This document shows positions 47,664 to 59,097 of a DNA stretch of 64,000 bases, one piece after another; within the stretch, counting starts at the first letter, position 1; each line of letters starts with the position of its first letter. The notes under the pieces are model-generated. The model saw only the letters and a program-made list of their open reading frames with translations, was not told the origin of the DNA and did no database searches. Made by a program: the position numbers and the translations under genes. This DNA is from Neodothiora populina (Eukaryota), in assembly GCF_041146345.1 (NCBI RefSeq), contig NW_027191413.1, positions 992,001-1,056,000 of the forward strand. The letters run 5' to 3'.

Positions 47664-49471
47664 ATGTCCACGAGTTTCGACCAGGGACAGTCCAACATCT
47701 GGTCCTATCTTCCCAATTGGTCTTCAACGCCGCGTCGTCGCACTTCTGTGTCAAAGTCCCACAACAGAACGGAGTCGCAGATATCCGCACACGCCCTGGA
47801 GGAGGAGGAGGAGGCGCAACATAGACAACACCGGGACGACGATAATTCACCCATGCAGGACGTCAAGTCAGCCTGGATGAATCAAGGACAGCGCGCCCGT
47901 TACATCAAGACGGGAGGGATACTGGCTTTTGTCCTTCTCGTCTTGTTCTACATTTCTCCCCGATCCGGCACCACTGCTACACCACCTTTCCCCGGCGGCG
48001 ATGTCGCTTCCAGTCCCGAGCTGGGCACCACCAAGTGCACAAATTCATACTCTTCCAGCAAGCCTCTGATTCAATATGCCCTCATGGTCGATGCCGGCAG
48101 CACTGGATCTCGCATTCACGTCTACCGATTCAACAACTGTGGCGCGACCCCCGAACTCGAGAGTGAGGACTTCAAGATGACAGAACCCAAGAAGGGCGGC
48201 TCAGGCTTGAGCTCGTACAAGGCCGACGCCGAAGGTGCAGCCAAGAGCTTGGACATGTTGCTGGATCTCGCCATGGAGAAGGTCCCCGACAAGATCAAGT
48301 CCTGCACCCCTATCGCGGTTAAGGCTACAGCCGGTCTGCGCAAGCTCGGTCCCGAACTCAGCGATGCCATACTCAAGGCTGTTCGCACTCGTCTCGAGAC
48401 CGTCTACCCTTTCCCCGTCGTCAGCGAAGAGCATGGCGGTGTCGAGGTCATGGACGGCAAGGACGAGGGTGTCTACGCCTGGATCACCACCAACTACCTG
48501 TTGGGCAAGATCGGTGGCCCTGACAAGACCCCGACAGCGGCCGTCTTTGATCTCGGTGGTGGCAGCACACAGATTGTCTTCGAGCCCACCTTCCCCCAGT
48601 CTCCCGCCGGTGGAATGCCTGAACAGCTCGCTGAGGGCGACCACAAGTACGCCTTGAGCTTCGGCGGTCGCGACTTCACTTTGTACCAACACTCCTACCT
48701 CGGCTACGGTCTCATGGCCGCACGTGAGAACCTTCACAAGCTCGTCGTCCAGAACGTCTACGAGAACAACCCATCTTCGCGCACCTGGCTCAAGTCTCCC
48801 GTGCTCAACCCCTGCCTCATCCCAGGCATGACCGAAGAAGTCACCGTAGAGCTCGGCGCAGACCACCCTCTGGGCGCCTCGATAAAGGTCAACATGACCG
48901 GACCTACCACCGGCAGCGCTGCCCAATGCCGCGCTCTTGCTGAGAAGACGCTACTGAAGGAGAAGGAGTGCAAATTGGCCCCCTGTGCCTTCAACGGTGT
49001 TCACCAACCTTCTCTCGACAAGACATTCGCGCGCGAGGAAGTCTACCTCTTCTCCTACTTCTTTGACCGCACCGCACCTCTCGGCATGCCCGAGTCCTTC
49101 ACTCTCCGTGAGCTCAAGGAACTCACCGCACGTGTGTGCGATGGACCGCGCAGCGACAAGGGATCATGGGAGCCTTTCAAGGCCGTCACCGGCGCCATTG
49201 ATGAGCTGATGCAGAGGGCTGAGACGTGTCTCGATCTGAACTTCATGATGGCGCTTTTGCACACGGGTTACGAGATGCCCATTGATCGTGAGGTCAAGAT
49301 TGCCAAGAAGATCAAGGGTAACGAGTTGGGATGGTGTTTGGGTGCCAGGTAAGCACTTTCTCTTTTCTTTTTCTTCACGTGTAAACAAGAGAACTTTCAC
49401 TGACGGTCGTCTGCAGTCTGCCCCTTCTCGCCGGAGAATCATGGAAGTGCAAGATCAAGCAGATCGCATGA
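47664..49471 (+). CDS. GDA1: Golgi guanosine diphosphatase (GDA1/CD39 family)
   Basis: N-terminal TM anchor; apyrase conserved regions DAGSTGSR, ATAGLR, GKDEGVYAW and DLGGGSTQ; ELGWCLGAS. Last intron at 49349-49416. Start codon uncertain. Confidence 0.93.
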
Positions 49472-50077
49472 ACGAATAGAAAGGGGAAATTTTAGACACA
49501 ATTTCTTCCTTTTCCATTTTGTTTCAATAATCACGAAACGAGACAAGAGACAAGACGAGGGGACAAGTTTAGCATGTCGAAAACGGCGTTATTTTTGGGT
49601 TATCGTGCCTGTAATCTTTCTTCCCTGGGTCCGACTCTTATAGAGTGTCTCCTAGCCCCCTTGCCAGGATTGGATCTTCTCCTGGGATGAAAGTAGGAAC
49701 GAGCGAAAGAGGAAGGAACAGGGAAATGATCCGTAGCGGTATCGGTCGACCGGCTCTGTTGTCCGACAGCTTTTGTATGGTGAATGTATTCAATTCTATG
49801 TATCCTTTTTTCTTTCTCGCAATCGTCTTGTCTTGTTTCCTCTTATGACTGTTTACCATCTTCGCCAGGCCTCGTGATTTCACAGGTCATAACGTGATTT
49901 GAATGCTCAACACATCCTTGCAGTACCTCGCAGGCTGTGAGCTTCGTTCCTTCCCCATAACACTGTCTTCTTTACTGCTCAAGAGTGGAAAGTGAGAGTT
50001 GATCTTGCTGGTCCGAGTAATGTCTAGGCATGTCATTTCAGTCTTTGTGTCTTTTGTCTGGACTCTTTTTTATCCAT

Positions 50078-51265
50078 CTATGCATCGCCCTGCTCTTCGA
50101 TAATCTTTCGGTTCAGGTTGATATCCTCAAGAATCTTGCCAGCACCAGCCTCGACCAATTTGCGAGCGACGTCCCAGCCAAACTCATCAGCCTGCTCCTC
50201 GGTCTCAATGAACCTCCTCATTTCCGTTTCGACAGCTTCCTCGCCGTTCAGACTGACGACCATGGCGCGCATCAGTAGCTCGCCCGTCTTCTCGTTGCCT
50301 TGACCCTGTGTCTCGCCACTCTGCTCGAGACCAGTGCGACCGCTGACGGCCACGCCGGTCATCTTGTCGTAATCTGCGGCTGGCTTCGCGCCGACGCCTA
50401 CGCCTGTGCCGACGTTGCTCGACAGCGAGACGCCCTTGGTGATCCATTCTGTTTCGACGCCGATGGGCACGCTGCAGCCGCCTTCAAGGGTGCGCAGCAG
50501 ACTGCGCTCGGCGAGGCAGGCGAGCGTGGTGTGCGGGCAGCCTACTTTGGCGAGAAGTTCTTTGGCCGTGGTGTCGTCGCTTCGGACCTCGATTCCGATG
50601 GCGCCCTGGCCGACGGCGTGCAGGATGCCGCCTTCTTTGCTGCTGAGGTAGGATGTGATACGGTCGTTCATTCCGAGACGCAAGAGGCCTGCCGCCGCGA
50701 GCACGAGGGCGGTGTATTGTCCGTCTTCGGCATCGAGCTTGGCGAGTCTGGTGCCGATGTTGCCGCGCACATCGGCGAAGTTGAGGTGTGGGAAGAGACG
50801 CTTCAGCTGGGCGCTCCGGCGGACAGAGGATGTGCCTATCACTGCGCCTTGAGGTAGGGTACTGAGAGACGTGTAGCCGAGACCGGGTTTGACCACGAGA
50901 GCGTCACGTGGGTCCTCGCGAGGGAAGATGCATCCAAGAGACATTTGAGAGGGCAATTGAGTCGGCATATCCTTGAGCGAATGCACAATCATGTCCAACT
51001 TGCTCTCTGCCAGCAGTGCCTCCAACTCATGCGTCCAGAGCGATTTGGCGTTGAATTCGTGTAGCGCAGTCACTTGATTCTTGTCGCCCATTGTCGCCAT
51101 TGCGTGGATCTCGTACTCGTGCTCCGGCCATGCCTTGCGCAGCTCCTTGACTACAATGTCTGTCTGTACGCGTGCCAGCACCGAGCGTCTGGTTCCGACA
51201 TTGACGACTAATTGGTTAGTGATGGAGGGGTCAGCAGCAGCTGGGGTGGGTTCTGCGGATGCCAT
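50078..51265 (-). CDS. HEM3: Porphobilinogen deaminase (hydroxymethylbilane synthase)
   Basis: GTRRSVLARVQT, VHSLKDMPT, REDPRD, GTSSVRR, RGNIGTRL, AVGQGA and LEGGCSVPIG (cofactor Cys). Confidence 0.97.
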   Translation of the reverse strand: MASAEPTPAAADPSITNQLVVNVGTRRSVLARVQTDIVVKELRKAWPEHEYEIHAMATMGDKNQVTALHEFNAKSLWTHELEALLAESKLDMIVHSLKDMPTQLPSQMSLGCIFPREDPRDALVVKPGLGYTSLSTLPQGAVIGTSSVRRSAQLKRLFPHLNFADVRGNIGTRLAKLDAEDGQYTALVLAAAGLLRLGMNDRITSYLSSKEGGILHAVGQGAIGIEVRSDDTTAKELLAKVGCPHTTLACLAERSLLRTLEGGCSVPIGVETEWITKGVSLSSNVGTGVGVGAKPAADYDKMTGVAVSGRTGLEQSGETQGQGNEKTGELLMRAMVVSLNGEEAVETEMRRFIETEEQADEFGWDVARKLVEAGAGKILEDINLNRKIIEEQGDA

Positions 51266-52082
51266 TGCGAGGGAATGGCAAGCAGAAAATCAGAAGACTG
51301 GAGTTGATTGAATAAGATTAGTACAAGATTTAATGTTATTTTTGTTTGTCCTTTGATTTACAGTAATTATTCGAGAGTGAGGTCGGGAAAGGGTGGTGTT
51401 TTTGGGGGATCGGGTTTCACTGACATCAGCGCTGTCGTCCCTCCACCCCACATTCTTGCATTCTTTTGTCGGCCAGCCCGTCCCCGAACCTCGGACTTGG
51501 CTATGACAGTATCGCCTCCACCAAGGTATCTCTTGCGGATTGACATGTCTATGCAATTACCCTATTGCTTCTGTTTTTTCTTGCCCGCACAGAGTCGATT
51601 GGTTCGACGTGAGAAAGACAATCAGCCCATCGCGTAGTGACCTATCCCCATATCTGGGCCGTCATGAAGCACAGCAGCCAGGATTGATCTCGCCTAGTCT
51701 TCATGTCTTGATAAATTTGTTGATCCCGTCGTCATGTATCAGTATCAGTGCCCAGAAGGACAGAAGAACCGTCTTCTAGACTAGCCATGTCTCAAATTCC
51801 GATCACTTGCCATGTGAACAGGTCCTTCTGCTTTGCGCAAGTCGTGAGGACAACGATCACTCTGGCGCACTCGCCGCCCTCCTTGCAAATAACTAATCGT
51901 TGCCATCCAGCATCTCAGGAGACTAATCGCATCCTGCCGACGGGAATTCCCAAACTCCTTTTTATGTCCCTCCACCCAATAAAAAAAAACTCCTCGTGGA
52001 ACGTACTGTCCACTGAAGACCCACAGCTTGTATTCATGGCTGGTAAACAGACACATCCATCAGATCTCTTCCGGGGTAAATA

Positions 52083-52367
52083 TCACATCATCGCACAACA
52101 AGAGCAACAATCATCGCATGCGCATGCGCAACCGGCACAGCAATCTCCTTTTCCTTCTTCCTCTGATGTTTGCGGTGCTTTCTGGTCCGTGGCCCCTGGA
52201 CCGCCGGAGGAAGGTTGTTCGTAGGTCACTGCAAGGGATCCATTAGGTTTTCCATCGCACAGAAAGACAGAAAAGCATGTATGCTTACTCGGTGCTGAAG
52301 CGCCTGTCATCGCTTCCGACGCGCCACCAGGACCCATGTTCGGCGGAGGAGCCCCATTGTATGACAT
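52083..52367 (-). CDS. Small Gly/Pro-rich protein with Cys-rich C-terminal tail (CYSTM-like) ending in CaaX-like CAMM
   Basis: Probable exons 52367-52289 and 52228-52083 (in-frame 60-nt gtaagc..cag intron). Tail GDCCAGCACACDDCCSCCAMM*. Confidence 0.7.
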   Translation of the reverse strand: MSYNGAPPPNMGPGGASEAMTGASAPSKHTCFSVFLCDGKPNGSLAVTYEQPSSGGPGATDQKAPQTSEEEGKGDCCAGCACACDDCCSCCAMM

Positions 52368-54242
52368 TTGTGTTGTGTTTGGTTCTGTATGCTATGCGCG
52401 GATAGATTGTTGTCCTCGTCTCTGATCGTCTAAAACCAATCGTCGAGGATCAGTCAGAGGAAGGAACTCCGACCAGAAACACGAAAATCTTGAGTGATTC
52501 GAAAAAGGGAGAAAGAAAGAATGACTTGTGTGATTTCCAGCCGATACTTTCTGAAGAGAGTCTCGGGACGGAAAATCAGTATATTCGGGCGACTTTCTGA
52601 AAGGGAAGAGAAAAGCAGTAGATCAATCCCCTATGCATTCATCCACTTTCTCACATCTAGGAACCGTCGCCCTTCGGTAGTGAGGCTGAGTAACATACAC
52701 TCACTTAAAGAGACCTACATATTACAGCGCTAATACGACACACACACGCACGTCTACGCCTGTGTTCATCTCACACGGCCGATGACGAGAATTACGTATG
52801 TACTGTATGCAGAAGAAGGACTTGACCATTGCGCAATATACATTTACCTACAATTCGAAATCTCAACTTACTCGTCACTCATTCTCTAATGATCCATGCA
52901 GTACAGTGCTGTGCGTGCTGCAAGAGAACTACATCTGAAACTTCGCTCTCCTCCCCCAAATCTGGCTCCTTTTGCGTGTGTGGTGCGTGTTTCAGGTCGG
53001 ATTTTCGCCCTCGTTGCACATCATCTCATGTTGTTTGATTCCCCCTGACACTCTGCGCGAATCGTGAACCCTGGAAAATGCGCAACACGAGGGGAGGAAC
53101 ACGACTAAAGCGCAGATCTGGATTTCGTTTCTGAGACGTCTGACCGGGCCTGACTGACTGACTGACTCTTCGAATAATTCAGTTGACTGGTTTTTTGCGG
53201 GTTGGAGAGGGAAGCATGAATCATGTACTCATCGACGCAGTAGTATAGGATCTCAGTCCTGGTAAAGTCAAGTAGAAAAAAGCCTCCATAGCTTGTCTAA
53301 TGGATTCCATACACACAAGTGCAACTTGCGCGCAAGGTAGCTCGTGCATCACACCGTGTGGTGGATCAAATCCGATCAGAGCCAGGGTATATATAGCAGC
53401 GTCCCACTACAGAGCTTCTTCATTCGCTGAATCCTGCAGAAGAGAACAGAGATTGGATGTGCCGCGCGTACATTTTTGCTTTCTTTATGTCCTTCTTTCA
53501 TGAAGATGCAGGGCTTGGTCGAGGGGTGTGGTTCTTGTAGCTTATGATACTGCTTTGCTTGATTCAGATGGGTACATATGCTGGGTACGGTAGGAATAAA
53601 TAGGTGGAGTTTGTGTGCATTGTCGATTTATATCTCTTCGTGGGCACTTCTTTTGCTAGTCGACTTTGCGTCTTATATTGGAGTTGTGGAGACTGGCATA
53701 AGGTCTCGTTTTCACGAAACCTCATTTTCTGGTTATGGTGTCTGCGACATTGATGGACATGCAACAGCCATATTCATGATTGTCTTCTAGTGAGAGCATG
53801 GCACTATGGTCTGGATATCAAGCATACATTCTTAATTTGATCGTACCTCATTTCCCATCGCAATTTTCCATCCATATCTAATATGCTGTTCCCAAATACA
53901 AAACTATCTCCAGAAGCCCGTGAGGGATTAGCCCACGGCAACAAATATAGACCAAATATCAAACAAGAAATGACTGTGCAAATGCACTCCAGATTCTCCC
54001 GTCCTCGTTCCTGCAAGAAAGAAAGACAGGACATATATTTGATACATTAAACCCGCGCTTCCCAAGCGACCGCTTTCTATACGAGACATATGCAAGAGCA
54101 TGTCAGAGCGTCATACATGCATTTGTGTAACCCCGCATTTTTACCCATACTTATCATGATATTCATAGCTACTTGCAACACGAGCCCCGGTTCTCTCGGG
54201 CGTTCTCAATGAGCTGCTCTCTTCAATATGAACGCATCGCAT

Positions 54243-56738
54243 TTACCGTTGCGGCAGCGTCATGCGCGGCACCGGCGCTCCGATGGGCGTCCAAGTGCGG
54301 GTTACATCCATACTTCTGTTTACTCTGGCACCAGGAGTCAAGGGCACATCGACGCGTCCCCTGCTGCCAGCTCCAAATGCCTCGTCACCAGAGTCATCGT
54401 CATATGCGTCGCTCAGCCGAGAGAAATAATCTGCAAGACCGCTTGTCGGCGATGCGATGCTGTCATATTGTGGTGGTGGTGTAGGCATCGGTGGCGGTGC
54501 CTCTTCGTCGTCAAAAGCCGGGGGATTGAAAGATGGTGCGCGCAACAGGTGAATCGGTCGATCCATTTGATGCACGTGATTTGTCGGTCCTCCAATATGT
54601 GCAGCCTGAGGACGTGCCAGGCCGGGGGATGGCGATCCTGAAGAGCTCGGGTCTGGTGTATCCCTTGGTGTGGAGGGATTGAGGGCATTGAGGGTCGGAA
54701 GGAACGAACTAGGTGAGTTGCGTCGGCGAGCAGCGTTGGGACAACCGCATTCGTACAGAGATGCCACATTCGTGGCTTCTGGACCAGAATATGCAGGAAG
54801 AGATGTGTTGGCCTGCGTTGCGCGACATGACAAGATATGGAACGGAGAGTCAATGGAAATCTCGAAATGACGGCGCTTGCCCGGGTTCTCTGCGTCTGGT
54901 TTGGACAGACGCATGACGATCTGGTCCAAGTTAGCAAAACATATTTTGATCATTAGAAACAAGCGAAAGAGAATTACCTTGATCCAATGGTGTACCTGGA
55001 TGTTTTGGTACGTCGTATCAAAATGTAGTCTGGTAGATCGGTTTCCTTCCCGATTGGTTGAGCAGCTCGGCAATTGCACATCGAACTCCATCTCTGTAGG
55101 TCCAATGTTGCTCTCGCCTTCGAGATTACCAAGCAAATTCGTCGAATCAGCGACTGTCACTTGCTCTCCAGCAGCAGCTTGTGCCCGTTGATCGTACGGT
55201 ACACCACCTCCGGCTGTCACCCGCATCGAACTACCCGGGAAGGTACTGGTCGGGGCTGCATCTGCGCGTTTTTCGAATAGCTGCACTTTCCTAGTAGGCT
55301 CCATGCGGTGCACACGCTTGCCAGAACAGAAATACTCAATGTTCTCGGTCACAAGCACCTTTATGCGATGACATTGCACTTTGGCGAGTGGTGTAAGCTT
55401 AAAGGCAATAGGGACCTTCGCGCCCAATGGGAATGACTTTCCAGATATCACGATGTCGTAGTGCAACTGATCCTCCCAGTTTCGACTGATAGCAATAGGC
55501 TCGACTTGCTCCAGAGAGCCTTCGGCGGGAGCTCTGATCAATTGCACCTCCTTCATACCAACCAAGTTGGCTCTAAATGCTCCGGCTCGCTCAACAACGG
55601 CCTCAAGTTCGTATTTGACGGATCCGAGGTCGACATCGATGGTCTCTGGCAAACGGCTGTCCAGAGGCAGCTCGAAATTGTAGACGTAGTCACCAGGGAA
55701 AAAGGTACGGTATCCCTTTTGCGCAACAGTTGGTCCACCAGTAGCGGACTCGCCCTTGCCGAAACTACGTGATTGATTCACTTGTAACGAAAGCTTGCGG
55801 TGATCTTTCGAGGTCAGGTTTGTTGTTGACACGTTGGGGGATTTTCCTAAAGCCGGACTGCCTGGAGGTTTGTGAAGCTCCACATGATCGGCACAACTGC
55901 CAGCTTCTGCAGTGGGAAATTGGGCGTTGAAGAAAGGCCATGTGTGGCTCATAATGTTGTCGATTTCCTCGAAATCGACTTTGCGCGGAGGTATGCCTTC
56001 GGGCCATTTTGTCAATGCCCTGCCTTTGAACTTTAGGGTGACAGCCTTTATTTTTGCACTTTTCGTAACTCTGAGATGAAGTGTTCCTCTAAGCATTGCC
56101 GTATTTCTATCTGTGTGATCGCTCTGGTCGAAACCTTGTAGGAAAAGTACCGGTTCCGCAAGGTTGATCGAGACTGATACGCCGCTGCCTGACACCAGTG
56201 GCTTGTCGTTTGGGTCTGTACCCAGCATAACATGGGAAGCGGTAGAAGAGCGCACAGAATTTTCCCGTGATCGTCCGTGATATACATCGTCTACCAGAGA
56301 TGGCCTCGAGGCCGTGCCACTAGAAGATCCCCCGAGGGATCCTCGGATTTGAGCCCTCATCTCGTCGCCTTGAGTCGATGTTTGCCCTGTATCTCTGCCA
56401 AATGGACTCTCTGTCCTCTTTCTTGAAGGCTTTCTGTGTTCTGATGGATCCGGCGAAGGTGAACGATCAGCTGGGTGATTATGAGAAATCACTGATCGTA
56501 GAAACCTCTTCGCGTGCTCTCGAGAGGTCGCCAGCTTTTCGGTAGCCCGGGTTCGATGATCGTATCTATGACGCTGTCCTACAGCTCTCGAGACACTTTC
56601 GACGTCGTTGGGTAGGCTCTTGATCAGAATCGAACCTCTTCTGAATTGACGTGGTTCGAAATAACGGATAGTCCGGACAGGACCGCGATCACTCCGACAA
56701 CAGTGAGTTCCACGGCTGCAGCGGCGAGGTTCTAGCAT
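54243..56738 (-). CDS. Alpha-arrestin / arrestin-related trafficking adaptor (Aly1/Aly2/ApyA-like)
   Basis: LAEPVLFLQG, LRGTLHL, WPEGIPP, YVYNFELP, ISRNWEDQLHYDIVISGKSF and RRHFEISIDSP; PY-like motifs LPAY and PPQY. In-frame intron at 54977-54921. The true start is uncertain and may lie downstream of 56738. Confidence 0.88.
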   Translation of the reverse strand: MLEPRRCSRGTHCCRSDRGPVRTIRYFEPRQFRRGSILIKSLPNDVESVSRAVGQRHRYDHRTRATEKLATSREHAKRFLRSVISHNHPADRSPSPDPSEHRKPSRKRTESPFGRDTGQTSTQGDEMRAQIRGSLGGSSSGTASRPSLVDDVYHGRSRENSVRSSTASHVMLGTDPNDKPLVSGSGVSVSINLAEPVLFLQGFDQSDHTDRNTAMLRGTLHLRVTKSAKIKAVTLKFKGRALTKWPEGIPPRKVDFEEIDNIMSHTWPFFNAQFPTAEAGSCADHVELHKPPGSPALGKSPNVSTTNLTSKDHRKLSLQVNQSRSFGKGESATGGPTVAQKGYRTFFPGDYVYNFELPLDSRLPETIDVDLGSVKYELEAVVERAGAFRANLVGMKEVQLIRAPAEGSLEQVEPIAISRNWEDQLHYDIVISGKSFPLGAKVPIAFKLTPLAKVQCHRIKVLVTENIEYFCSGKRVHRMEPTRKVQLFEKRADAAPTSTFPGSSMRVTAGGGVPYDQRAQAAAGEQVTVADSTNLLGNLEGESNIGPTEMEFDVQLPSCSTNREGNRSTRLHFDTTYQNIQVHHWIKVILFRLFLMIKICFANLDQIVMRLSKPDAENPGKRRHFEISIDSPFHILSCRATQANTSLPAYSGPEATNVASLYECGCPNAARRRNSPSSFLPTLNALNPSTPRDTPDPSSSGSPSPGLARPQAAHIGGPTNHVHQMDRPIHLLRAPSFNPPAFDDEEAPPPMPTPPPQYDSIASPTSGLADYFSRLSDAYDDDSGDEAFGAGSRGRVDVPLTPGARVNRSMDVTRTWTPIGAPVPRMTLPQR

Positions 56739-58961
56739 GCTTGGTCAGAGAATCGTCGGGGATCGTCCAATCGTACCAAGACTCGAATTTGCTTTTGGAA
56801 GGGAAAGTGAAAGGATAGATGATGAGAATGAGGAGGAATTTCTGTGTTTACAGGAATAGTGTTTTGCCGCTCGTAACGAGACCAGCAAGCACGGCCGCAC
56901 TCATTCGACAAAACAGGCATGCATACGTTTGGGAGGTGTGCAAGCATATCAAGGAGCATGGGATATAGTTGGTCACTTACCACCAGTACGTGCGTTGTTT
57001 CACGATGAGGCCGGCAAAATTTACCCTCGTCGTGTGACTTGCAAGTGGTCGTGACCGACCCAGATGAGGATATGCGGTGTGGTGCCGGGTATACAATAGT
57101 GCGGAGTCCAGATAATAGTTGCGTCACGAAATCCGCTGATCCAAAAATCCAGTGATAGAATAGGCGTGGCTAACAGCAATGAGGAGAACAAAAGAGCAAG
57201 GCAAGGTTATATTCGCACGCAGCTAACTCGGTCAGAAGAGTGGAGAAACGATCGCTGTGGGGTGGACTCGGACAGAGGAAGGTTAGTCTAACACTGGATC
57301 ATCTGCAAATTCACAATGACAGAGATGACAAGGTTTTCCTTGGGCATCGAATGAGATTGTGCGATGTGGCACGCAGCACCGAGAGGTCTGGAGGGGTTTT
57401 CGAGAACAGATGCAGATGTTTCACCAGAGAAGAGCAGTACCGGTATGGGCGTGACAATGTGCACTAACCCACGTTTTATCCAGGTCTTTCGTCATGCAAA
57501 AGCTGGACAAGGGCAGTGCCCAAAACCGCGCGGCATAGCTCTCCGTACAAATCCGCTGACCAGCTAGTGATAGGCTGGTCAAAAGTATTAATGCACTAAG
57601 CTTTGAAGTATCCGCTGGTCTTGCTTACCTACCTTACCATTTTCATGAACATGGCGAAACGGGCTAAGCTGTTTCGGCACGCGGAGCAAATACCGCGGCA
57701 TACCGAAGACAGACTTGACTGTTCGTAATAGTACCTTGCGCTTCCGGTCATCCCGCGCAATCTCAGAATTAACTCCGCCTCTTCCTGACAGCTCATGCCA
57801 TGGCTCGTGCAATAAGCTGATATTTTTCCCATCCCTCCATCACCATTGTCAGAAGAGCGCGCGGTGTACGATGGCAACTGGGACCCCGCTTTAGCCTCCA
57901 TGATGTCAAGGTGGAGACTCTCCCAGACAGGAGACGGTGTAAACTCTGCTGAACATGGAGGCAGTTGTGCGTGTAGCAATATTTGAGACACACACCAGTC
58001 CTTCATCCCGGACAGTACAGTACAAATACATCTACGATGGTGCATGTCCCACAGGAACAGGGCCATTCTCAATTGTCCACGTGAAACCGACAGAAAGTCC
58101 AGCGAGAGTCTTCAGGCCCACATACTGTCGGTAAGGTACGTAGTTTCTACATCACTAGAAAGGACTCCTGAAGCGCAAGCTCTTTTCTGCAAGGGTCTTG
58201 TGCGAAACTCTTGCTCTAGTGCTCTATGATTGTGTCCGCTGCTGTGTGAGCAGACGATGTCATCAAAGCCCAATGTCAAGATAGAGTAGGTGTGGCTCAA
58301 GATCTGCATTCCCAGCAACAAATAACACAGATCTCCACGGAGAGATCTGCACTGGGAAGCCAAGGACTCACGTCAACCTACAAATATGTACGGATCGTGA
58401 ATCGCGACATCTAAGTCATTGTCATACCATAGGTAGTGAGCGCACATGCACACACTTTGTTACTGCATTTGCGCATTTGCAAGGCATTCATTCATGAGGC
58501 ACACGATGCCGAGGCTGAGTTAAGCCATATATTGACCGATGAGTTTGCAAGACAACTCTATCCTACTTCCGGAGGCGATGCGGCCTTGGTGTGTCGATTC
58601 GCCAATGCGAACCGTTCGTTGGCAACAACTTTAATCGTCTTCCGTCTCTGATTCTTCGTTATCAATGTTGTTCCGTCCGAACACGGGCGTCGGCACCTTA
58701 ACTCCGCCATACAAGGTACAGTGATGCCAGATCTCGTCCTTATAGACAAGGCCCATACAGTAGCAAGCCATGTAGCGATCACCGTCATCGTCGACCATCT
58801 TGTATCGCACATGCCTCAGGCACTGAGGTCGCGTTAAGGTGGAGGTAGAGTACATGTAGTATCTTTATGCGAGCTCGATGCGAGATGCCTTATCGCATTC
58901 CCGTGACTTGCAAAACAAGCTCGCACCAATCTACCTGATATGGCCTAGCTCAACTCCGCGA

Positions 58962-59000
58962 ACGCGTCTTGCTTAATTAATTTCTTCAGAGACGACGCGT
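58962..59000. promoter_or_regulatory. Two MCB elements (ACGCGT) upstream of DPB11
   Basis: ACGCGT at 58962-58967 and 58995-59000, about 100-135 bp upstream of a replication/checkpoint gene. Confidence 0.6.
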
Positions 59001-59097
59001 TTTGTAGTAATCGACTCCCAAGGGATCTGATTATTATTCGGGACTAGACAGAGAATAACAATTTACGTTCGATTGCGATAGCGATGCAGGTCTGACC

